Below are positions 35,755-43,655 of a stretch of DNA of 64,000 bases, piece by piece. This DNA is from an uncultured Ignavibacteriales bacterium (GTDB lineage: Bacteria; Zixibacteria; MSB-5A5; GN15; FEB-12). The stretch is from the NCBI GenBank assembly GCA_964627305.1, contig CAZVHP010000001.1:454171-518170 (forward strand), given 5' to 3'. Below the pieces are notes generated by a model. It was given only the letters and a program-made list of their open reading frames with translations. It was not told the DNA's origin and made no database searches. Within the stretch, counting starts at the first letter, position 1. Each line of letters begins with the position of its first letter. The position numbers and the translations under genes are program-made.

Positions 35755-35962
35755 TGCCTGCCAACTCGGCCATCAGCCACCAGACCGGCCAGCTCGGGCT
35801 GGACTACTGCCGACGCCGGGTGAAAAACGTCCCCTGAAATGCTCCTTCGCTCGCCACGTCGCCATCGGTTGACCAGGCTGAGGCCTGTTGTGAAACCACC
35901 GGCGACATCGTATCCCTGAACATCGACCAGTTACCGAACCCGCGAACAAGGAGCCACCTGAA

Positions 35963-37366
35963 ATGCCGCTCAAACAGCCACCGGAGCCATACCGGATCAA
36001 ATCCGTCGAACCGATCCGCCTTCTCGACCCCAAACAACGCGAGCAGCGCCTGCAGCGAGCCAACTACAACGTCTTCAAGATCGATGCCCGCGATATCTAC
36101 ATCGACCTGCTCACCGACTCCGGTACCAGCGCCATGTCCAACCGCCAGTGGGCCGCCCTGATGATGGGCGATGAGTCCTACGCCGGCGCCGAATCGTTTC
36201 GCCACTTCGAAAGCACCGTCAAAGAGATCACCGGCCAACGCTTCGTTATCCCCACCCACCAGGGGCGTTCCGCCGAAAACATGATGTTCACCACATGTGT
36301 GCGGCGCGGGCAGTACGTACTCAACAATACCCACTTCGACACCACCCGCGGCAATACCCTCCACAAGGGCGGTATCCCCGTCGACTTCCCCTGCGCAGAA
36401 AGCACCTCACACCAGGAGCACCCCTTCAAGGGCAACATGGACATCATGCGCCTCGAGGAATTCATCCACCAGCAGGGCGTCGACAAAATCGCTATGGTCA
36501 TCATGACTATCACCAACAACTCCGTCGGCGGCCAGCCCGTCTCCATGGAGAACATCCGCCAGACCGCCGCTATCTGCAAACGTCACCACCTGCCGTTCTA
36601 CTTCGACTGCGCCCGCTTCGCCGAGAACGCCTTCTTCATCAAGCAGCGCGAGCCCGGCTACGAGAACGCCTCCGTGGCCAGTATCGTCAACGAAATGTTC
36701 AGCTATGTCGATGGCGCCATGATGTCCGCCAAAAAGGACGGCCTCGCCAACATGGGCGGCTTCATCGCTCTCGATGATGAGCAGCTCTATGAGCGCCTGA
36801 CCGAACTGATGATCCTCATCGAGGGCTTCCCGACCTATGGTGGCCTCGCCGGGCGCGATATGGAAATCCTCGCCGTCGGCCTCAGGGAAGTGCTCGACGA
36901 GGACTACCTCGCCTTCCGCGTCGGTCAGGTGGCATACTTCGGCCAGCAACTCAAGGCGGCCGGCGCCCCCATTGTCGAGCCGACCGGCGGCCATGCCGTC
37001 TTCGTCGATGCCGGACGCTTCCTGCCGCACATCCCCGCCGAACAACTCCCCGGCCAGTCGCTCACCATCGAACTGTACCGACAGGGGGGAGTCCGCGCAG
37101 TCGAAATCGGAAGCACCATGTTCGGCGAGACCGATCCCGATACCGGCAAGTCAACCACTGCTCCGGCCGAATTGGTGCGCCTGGCCATGCCACGACGCGT
37201 CTACACCAACACGCACTATGACTACATTGCCGATATTGTCGCCGGTATCGCCCGTACCAAGGGTGCCCTGACAGGGTATAAGATCACGCGCCAGCCGCGT
37301 TTCCTGCGCCACTTTACCTGTGACCTGGCGCCCGTGTCAACCACCACGGTCAGCACGGGCTCCTGA
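35963..37366 (+). CDS. beta-eliminating lyase: tryptophanase / tyrosine phenol-lyase
   Basis: 467 aa. Motifs: EPYRIKSVEPIR, DLLTDSGTSAMS, THQGRSAENM and the PLP-lysine context MSAKKDGLANMGGF. I cannot distinguish TnaA from TPL by eye. Confidence 0.9.
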   Translation: MPLKQPPEPYRIKSVEPIRLLDPKQREQRLQRANYNVFKIDARDIYIDLLTDSGTSAMSNRQWAALMMGDESYAGAESFRHFESTVKEITGQRFVIPTHQGRSAENMMFTTCVRRGQYVLNNTHFDTTRGNTLHKGGIPVDFPCAESTSHQEHPFKGNMDIMRLEEFIHQQGVDKIAMVIMTITNNSVGGQPVSMENIRQTAAICKRHHLPFYFDCARFAENAFFIKQREPGYENASVASIVNEMFSYVDGAMMSAKKDGLANMGGFIALDDEQLYERLTELMILIEGFPTYGGLAGRDMEILAVGLREVLDEDYLAFRVGQVAYFGQQLKAAGAPIVEPTGGHAVFVDAGRFLPHIPAEQLPGQSLTIELYRQGGVRAVEIGSTMFGETDPDTGKSTTAPAELVRLAMPRRVYTNTHYDYIADIVAGIARTKGALTGYKITRQPRFLRHFTCDLAPVSTTTVSTGS

Positions 37367-37465
37367 CAGGAAGTGGGGGAGAGGATCGCGACCGGCGGCC
37401 CGTGACCTCAAAGCGGAGATGACACAGCATCAACAAAACCCGACCCGAACGGAAGATACGCCCGC

Positions 37466-38065
37466 ATGAAACACACCTTTACCTCGCACCTTCTGGCCTT
37501 ACTGCTGCTCGGCACCCTGACCGCCTGTGCCGGCTTCTCCATCGAGCACAACCCCGGCGATGAACGCTCCGATATGACCGACTCCGAGATCACCGCCTCC
37601 ACCATGCGTACCCAGTGGCGCGAGCTTATCGAGGACTCAAACCCCCTGCAGATCGCCTTCCTCATGAAAGACCTCGTCGACTCCACCACCGCCTCATACA
37701 TCCGCTATGGCCAGCGCGTCATCGTCGTCGAGTGGCGCGACGCCAGTCAACAGCAGGGCGGCCAGGTCCCCGCCGCGCAGATCGCCGATGCCGTCCGCGA
37801 CTGGAACCGCACCCAGTGGCCCCTGTTGCGCGCCCACCGCGACAACCTCGGCTATGCCTACCGGCGCGTCAGCGAAACCGGCTACTTCGGCGAGGACATG
37901 CTCAGCGCCATGCGCGCCCTGATGGACCACTACGACCGCGTCTACGACCAGGTCTTCGAGCCGACCGGCTCGGCCGCGCAGTACCAGCAGCGCCTGTATG
38001 ACCTCGAGTCCGCCACCGAGACTGCCGCCCGCGACTACCTCGCCACCCTCCGCAGCTACCAGTAA
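37466..38065 (+). CDS. lipoprotein, unknown function
   Basis: 199 aa with lipobox LGTLTAC. It looks helical. No family recognised. Confidence 0.6.
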   Translation: MKHTFTSHLLALLLLGTLTACAGFSIEHNPGDERSDMTDSEITASTMRTQWRELIEDSNPLQIAFLMKDLVDSTTASYIRYGQRVIVVEWRDASQQQGGQVPAAQIADAVRDWNRTQWPLLRAHRDNLGYAYRRVSETGYFGEDMLSAMRALMDHYDRVYDQVFEPTGSAAQYQQRLYDLESATETAARDYLATLRSYQ

Positions 38066-38155
38066 CCGCGTCACCCACAACACTCAGCGAAAATCAGAAC
38101 CCAGCCCCGGACGCGCCGCGATGTCTCCGCCAACCCGCAACCGGGCACAAAGATT

Positions 38156-38192
38156 GGGGTGCCCTATCCCGCCTCCGGCGGGGTGGGTTTCC
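38156..38192. repeat. REP-like intergenic repeat, copy C
   Basis: GGGGTGCCCTATCCCGCCTCCGGCGGGGTGGGTTTCC contains the perfect hairpin CCCGCC-TCC-GGCGGG. Confidence 0.7.
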
Positions 38193-38227
38193 GCTCCCGC
38201 CCGGCCTGTCCCGTCATGTTCGTGGGC

Positions 38228-38246
38228 GGCAGGCGTCCCGCCTGCC
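38228..38246. repeat. perfect 8-bp hairpin GGCAGGCG-TCC-CGCCTGCC (member of a GGCAGGC/GCCTGCC motif cluster)
   Basis: Directly read. Related motifs occur at 38275-38281, 38452-38458, 38471-38477 and 38491-38497, and at 34560-34567/34582-34589. Confidence 0.6.
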
Positions 38247-38388
38247 CCATCGTGCTCTTGTACGGCAGCACCCCGCCTGCCCCAGCCGTGAGAAAAACCC
38301 CACCCGCATGGAGCGCCCCAAGGCCGCCCCGAATTTCTCTGGCCGGTCTCTTCTTCGCGATCACATCCCCCCGTGACCCATTTGCGCC

Positions 38389-38417
38389 TTGACCTGCAAT
38401 CCCCCCGCACCTATCAT
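38389..38417 (+). promoter_or_regulatory. candidate promoter TTGACC-N17-TATCAT
   Basis: Motif match about 130 nt upstream of the protease gene. The leader contains the hairpin GGCAGGT...ACCTGCC (38452-38477). Confidence 0.35.
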
Positions 38418-38544
38418 GATGCTGTAGAGACGCGCTCCCCGATAAGGGTAGGGCAGGTTCCGTCCTCGGGACCTGCCACTTGCCAACATAACCTGCCAAT
38501 GCGCAGGGTGCAGTGAGAATGTGGGTAGAATGAACCCACTATGA

Positions 38545-39411
38545 ATGGTGAGCCACCCCAAGATAGGAGTTCCCCTTGTGGATCGGACGTTGAATGCCAT
38601 TGTGCTGGTCTTCCTGCTTATCATGACCATTGCACCATTTGCTCCTGCTCAAACACCAAATGCCAATATTCTCACCAAGGTCTATGCTATTGAAGTACGA
38701 AACCAAAGAGCCACGGCGTTTACTGTTGATGTGGATGATAGGCAGTACTTGGTGACAGCAGCCCATCTGTTTAGGACCGACTCAATCAACTGGAATGGTG
38801 ATACGATCAGCGTCCATGCGGAGGTGGACTCGATTGGTCTATATACAGACTCTGCTTGGCTGAGACTACCAGTCAAGCATGTGCATTCGCCATGTGATTC
38901 AGTTGACGTGGCTGTTTTGGCTCTGCCCATTCAACTGTCACCTTCGCTCAGACTGGAGCCCACTGCTGACGATCTGGTTTTTGGTCAGGACGTGTTCTTC
39001 CTCGGATTTCCTCTAACGGCCATGCTGCGAACACCTGATGCCGGGTTGATTAACAGAGGCTTTCCGTTTCCCTTCATAAAGAAGGCGATCCTATCAGCAC
39101 AGCGCATTGATGAGAACGGTGTGAAGATCTTCTATCTTGATGGGCACAACAATCGCGGGTTCTCTGGTGGCCCCGCGGTCTTCTGGAATCCCAAAGCCGA
39201 GGGCTTCAATGTGTTCGGTGTCGTAGCCGCTTACATCTCGGAACATGACCGAATTTTCCGAGTGGTTCCTCAGGCAGACTCTACGTACAGGCTGGAGCCG
39301 ATCCCCGGTGCCGTCTATCAAACAAACACCGGCATCGTTCTGGTCACAGACATCTCTGTCGCCGTTGACATGATTAGGGCCAATCCGATAGGGGCTAAGC
39401 TGTCCCCCTAA
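38545..39411 (+). CDS. secreted trypsin-like (S1/chymotrypsin-fold) serine protease
   Basis: 288 aa with an N-terminal hydrophobic signal. Triad candidates are VTAAHL (His), DVAVLAL (Asp) and NRGFSGGP (Ser). GC is about 48% in a counted line. The start (ATG 38545 versus downstream GTG/TTG) is uncertain. Confidence 0.7.
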   Translation: MVSHPKIGVPLVDRTLNAIVLVFLLIMTIAPFAPAQTPNANILTKVYAIEVRNQRATAFTVDVDDRQYLVTAAHLFRTDSINWNGDTISVHAEVDSIGLYTDSAWLRLPVKHVHSPCDSVDVAVLALPIQLSPSLRLEPTADDLVFGQDVFFLGFPLTAMLRTPDAGLINRGFPFPFIKKAILSAQRIDENGVKIFYLDGHNNRGFSGGPAVFWNPKAEGFNVFGVVAAYISEHDRIFRVVPQADSTYRLEPIPGAVYQTNTGIVLVTDISVAVDMIRANPIGAKLSP

Positions 39412-39784
39412 CCCCCCCTGCACCCCAATTCACACTTTGCCACCACCAACAGCATAATTCGCCCCCATCACTCGGCTCCCATTCAACACCCTAACCCATT
39501 ACCACGTCTCATGATAGGGCCGCAAAACCCCAGTCGCCCACAAAATCGGCCCAAAACTTGCACCACTAAATGCCGATCTAACACGCTAAGAACTTGACTT
39601 TTTCCTGGAACTCAAGCACCTTTAAGAACTTATACGAGATATCGGAGGACCGCATATAGGCTCACGGCTAACGAATTGAATTGTTCGACTCACAACAACG
39701 ACAGCAAGAAAGACTGATTGCTGGCCCTGTTGCCGTAAGCTATGTGCGCTCGGTTAATGGGCCGGGTTGTCAAGGCCCGGTTTT

Positions 39785-42700
39785 ATGACACGTTCTTCGT
39801 ATAGGTCCATTCTGCCTCTGCTCGCCGCGCTGATCCTCAGCCCGGCGCTCTTCCCGTATTCAGCAGACGCCGAAACCCACGTTGTTGCCTCCAGTTCGCA
39901 ACAACTCGACCTCGTCGTGCACCTGTCCCACCGCGACCTCACACCCGTCCCCCTGCCCGACTCCACCTGGCGCTACAGCCACGTCATCCAGGTCGGTCTC
40001 CCGCCCGGCGCCATGGCCCGGGTCGCTCAGGCGGTACCCTCAGACCCCGTCACCTTCACCGCCGAGCACACCCCCCTCGCGCCCAACCAGCCACTGGCCG
40101 AACTCGGCCCGGTCTACACCATGCGCGGCCGACAACTCGTGCCGGTCCGCCTCAACCCGGTGCAACAGGGCATCTTCTACCGACAGCTCAACCTCACCCT
40201 TAGTTTTTCTCTGAGCACCGCCGGCACCGCCGACCCCGACATGCCCGGCCTGGCGCCCCCCGATCCCGTCTTCGACCCCATCTTCAAGACCACCGTCGCC
40301 AACTACGACCAGTGGTCACGCTGGCCAACCGCCCGGCGCCCCCTCGCCAAACCTGCCTCCGGCCAGACACCGCTGCAAAGCGCCGACACTTGGTACCAGA
40401 TCGCCGTCACCACCACCGGCCTGATCCGCGTCAAGGCTACCGCCCTTGAGGCTGCCGGGCTGTTCATTCCCGATAATGGCATCAACCTCGACTCACTATA
40501 CATCTTCAACGCCGGCGGCCTCCCGCTGCCCGTCCGCAATGATTCCCCCCGACCCGAATTCCTCCCCGTCGCGTACTACGCCGCCGATGGGGGAGACGGC
40601 CGCCTGAACACCGGCGACTACCTCCTCTTCTACGGCGAGGCCGTAGACCGCTGGGTATCTTCGCCGGACACCGCCGTCTGGGTCAACAACCACTACACCG
40701 ACCGCAATATCTACTGGCTCACTGTCGGCGGCGATTTCGACACCCCCGCCCCCCGCATGAGCGCCCTCGAGGTCACTCCCGCCACGGCACCAGACACCAG
40801 CATTCTCACCGTCACCCGTCACCGGCACCTCGAGCAGGACAACATGCTCCACATGCTCAGCAGTGGCGCCATCGATGACTACTACCGCTGGCACTGGACC
40901 GACCGCGAAAACATCAACCTCAGCATCCACACCGATGACTACGCTGGCGGCACTGCCACCATCCGCGTGGCCGGCCGTGTCTGGGATACCACGGGGTTCA
41001 CCGATGACCTCGGCTACTTCGATATCACCCTGAACAACCAGCCCCCATCCGCCAAGCACTGCCACACCACCTCGCGCATCTGCACCTTCCAGTCCAGCGC
41101 CCTGCAACAGGGAACCAACAGCCTAAGTATCCGCGCCTGGGGCTATGTCTACTCCAAACCATATCTGGACTGGGTCGAGCTGCACTACAATGCCTACCTC
41201 ATTCCCGACAACGACCGCCTGCACATCGAGCTGGACCCCTTCAATGGCCTCGCCCGCCTGAACATCGTCGATGACTTCACCGGCTCCGATCTGCTCCTGC
41301 TGGATATCACCGACCCGCGCACGCCCACTCGTCTCACAGGCGCCGACCGTACCACCGGTATGATCATCGCCGACCTGCCTCTGAACACAACCCCGCGCCA
41401 ACTCTTTGCCCAGGCTGTCAGCACCGCCACCCCGCCCGTGTCTATCCAGCGCGTCCAGCCGAACAACCTCAGGCGCACCGATTATCAGGCCGACCTCATC
41501 GTCATCAGCACCCCCGTCCTCTTGTCGGCCATGGAAAACTGGATCATCGAGAGAGAATCGGAGGGCGTCTCGGTTCATACCGCCGTCGTCAACGATATCA
41601 TGCACAACTTCGCCTACGGCCTCTACGACCCCACCGCCATCCGCGATTACCTCAAGTACTGCTATGAGCACTTCACGCCTCCCGCCCCCTCGGCAGTACT
41701 GTTCGTCGGTGATGGCCATCACGATTTCCTCGACCACCTCAACACCGCCCAGTCCAACCTCGTGCCGCCATACATCCACGCGCTGGATTCCTCCGCCTCG
41801 GATGACAACTACGTCTACTTCGGCGACTACGGTATCCTCGATGCCGACACCAGTTGGCTCGACGGCGACAACCGCGGCTACGAAATGATGGTGGCCCGCT
41901 GGCCGGTCCGCTCCACGTCCGAAATCGCTGCTGTCATCGACAAGGGCAAACGCTACACCCTGCCCGGCAACACCGGCTTCTGGAAGACGCGCACTGTCCT
42001 CGTCGCCGATGACGAGTTCGGCCGCCTCAACGATGAGACCTTCCACGTCGACCAGTCCGAAGAACTGTCCCGCTACTATCTGCCGGAGGCCATGACCCGC
42101 CACAAGATATACATCTGGGACTACCCCTTCGTCGGCCGCCGCAAACCGGCCGCCAATGATGCCATCGTCAACGCCGTCAATGAAGGCGCCGTCATCGTCA
42201 ACTACATCGGCCACGGCAACCCCGAACTGTGGGCCGATGAACACGTCTTCACACGCACTTCCGATGTCCCCCGGCTCCGCAACAGCAACAGCCTCCCGCT
42301 CTTCTTCAACGCTTCCTGCGCGATAGGCTTCTTCGATGATCCCCAGCGCGAGGGAATGGCCGAGGACCTCTTTGTCAAACCCGATGGCGGCGCCATTGCC
42401 GTCGTCTCGGCGGCGCGGCTCGTGTACTCAACCCAGAACTCGGCCTTCAACCGCAAAGTATTCGAGATCCTCTTCGCAGAGGACCTCTCCATGTGTCAGG
42501 CCGTCTTCGCCGCCAAGGTGGAACGGCAGTACCTGTACTCCAATCCACCCAACCCCCTGCGGAATGACCGCACCTACGTCTTCTTCGGCGATCCTTTGCT
42601 CAAGCTCGCCTATCCGCGCCTGAAGGTCGCCTTTGACGCCGTCCCCGACAGCCTTGTCGCCCTGCAACCGGTCACCGTCACCGGCAGGGTAGCCGATGAG

Positions 42701-43639
42701 CTGGGTCAACCCATAACTGCCGATGGCACCATCGAACTGCGCGCCTTCGACAGCGACCGCGACCTCGAATACCTGCAGACGCCATACACCCTCCCGGGTC
42801 CCGCGCTTGTCCGGGGAGCCGCCAGTGTCAACGCCGGTCATTTCACCTTCACTTTCGTGCCCCCGCTTGATATCGGCTACGGCGGCAGCGGCGCCCGTAT
42901 CGTCGGCTATGCCGCCCTTGGTGCCGGCGATGCCGTCGGGGCGGTCACCTCTCTGGCGATCTCTACTCAGGCCGCAACCACCACCGATTCGCTCGGCCCC
43001 GAAATCCGCTACAGCTTCGCCAACAATGACAATTTCATCAGCGGCGATCCTGTCGCGCGCACCGACACCCTCATGATGACTCTGTCCGACCCCTCCGGCA
43101 TCAACCTCGCCGGCGGCCTCGGTCATGGCATCACCCTCGAAATCGATGGCCGCCCCGAGAACACCATCATGCTCACCGATTACTTTGACGGCACCCTCGA
43201 TGACTACACCTCCGGCACTATCTCCTGGCCCGTCAGTTCCCTTGAGCAGGGGTTGCACACTTTCAAGATCAAAGCTTGGGACAACGCCAACAACTCCGCC
43301 AGCGTGACCTTCTCCGCCAGCATCGAAGGCGCCGTCCCGCTGGCCATCAGCGAATTCCTCAACTACCCGAATCCCATGCAGGACTCAACCCGCATTTCCC
43401 TCATGCTGTCACGTCCCGCCCAATGGATTATCCTTGACATTTTCACCCTCTCAGGACGTAAAATATGGACTTACAAGACCAACCAGTCGGTGTCTGCCGG
43501 CTTTTTTGACGATATAGTATGGTATGGGACAGATTACGCGGCTGACCGCGTCGCCACCGGTGTCTACATCATGAAGGCTACCGTGTCCGGTGGGGGACAA
43601 TCGGCCGAATCCTTTGGAAAAATAGTCGTTATCAATTGA
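39785..43639 (+). CDS. porU: T9SS sortase PorU-like (peptidase C25/gingipain family with C-terminal sorting domain)
   Basis: Track ORF trimmed to ATG 39785 (MTRSSYRSILPLLAALIL signal). It has C25 catalytic contexts NYIGHGNPELW (His) and FFNASCAIGFFDD (Cys). Size is ~1285 aa, the C-terminal T9SS CTD is LNYPNPMQDSTRISL...GVYIMKATV, and a porV-like gene follows. Confidence 0.8.
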   Translation: MTRSSYRSILPLLAALILSPALFPYSADAETHVVASSSQQLDLVVHLSHRDLTPVPLPDSTWRYSHVIQVGLPPGAMARVAQAVPSDPVTFTAEHTPLAPNQPLAELGPVYTMRGRQLVPVRLNPVQQGIFYRQLNLTLSFSLSTAGTADPDMPGLAPPDPVFDPIFKTTVANYDQWSRWPTARRPLAKPASGQTPLQSADTWYQIAVTTTGLIRVKATALEAAGLFIPDNGINLDSLYIFNAGGLPLPVRNDSPRPEFLPVAYYAADGGDGRLNTGDYLLFYGEAVDRWVSSPDTAVWVNNHYTDRNIYWLTVGGDFDTPAPRMSALEVTPATAPDTSILTVTRHRHLEQDNMLHMLSSGAIDDYYRWHWTDRENINLSIHTDDYAGGTATIRVAGRVWDTTGFTDDLGYFDITLNNQPPSAKHCHTTSRICTFQSSALQQGTNSLSIRAWGYVYSKPYLDWVELHYNAYLIPDNDRLHIELDPFNGLARLNIVDDFTGSDLLLLDITDPRTPTRLTGADRTTGMIIADLPLNTTPRQLFAQAVSTATPPVSIQRVQPNNLRRTDYQADLIVISTPVLLSAMENWIIERESEGVSVHTAVVNDIMHNFAYGLYDPTAIRDYLKYCYEHFTPPAPSAVLFVGDGHHDFLDHLNTAQSNLVPPYIHALDSSASDDNYVYFGDYGILDADTSWLDGDNRGYEMMVARWPVRSTSEIAAVIDKGKRYTLPGNTGFWKTRTVLVADDEFGRLNDETFHVDQSEELSRYYLPEAMTRHKIYIWDYPFVGRRKPAANDAIVNAVNEGAVIVNYIGHGNPELWADEHVFTRTSDVPRLRNSNSLPLFFNASCAIGFFDDPQREGMAEDLFVKPDGGAIAVVSAARLVYSTQNSAFNRKVFEILFAEDLSMCQAVFAAKVERQYLYSNPPNPLRNDRTYVFFGDPLLKLAYPRLKVAFDAVPDSLVALQPVTVTGRVADELGQPITADGTIELRAFDSDRDLEYLQTPYTLPGPALVRGAASVNAGHFTFTFVPPLDIGYGGSGARIVGYAALGAGDAVGAVTSLAISTQAATTTDSLGPEIRYSFANNDNFISGDPVARTDTLMMTLSDPSGINLAGGLGHGITLEIDGRPENTIMLTDYFDGTLDDYTSGTISWPVSSLEQGLHTFKIKAWDNANNSASVTFSASIEGAVPLAISEFLNYPNPMQDSTRISLMLSRPAQWIILDIFTLSGRKIWTYKTNQSVSAGFFDDIVWYGTDYAADRVATGVYIMKATVSGGGQSAESFGKIVVIN

Positions 43640-43655
43640 TCGTGTGGAGAAACTG

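Noticed and set aside
39759-39784. Short hairpin (CCGGG...CCCGG) followed by TTTT immediately before the porU ATG, considered as a terminator
   Set aside because: It has only 5 bp, overlaps the TTG start alternative and sits directly at the translation start. It could equally be chance or a translation-initiation structure, and the evidence is not enough to annotate it.
41123-42244. 373-aa ORF antisense to porU; similar antisense ORFs occur at 46387-47373, 54761-55786, 32173-33267, 6566-7519 and 59335-60249
   Set aside because: All lie opposite genes with strong motif support. All have Gly/Asp/Val/Ala-rich, repeat-free sequences without recognisable domains. They are judged to be compositional artefacts.
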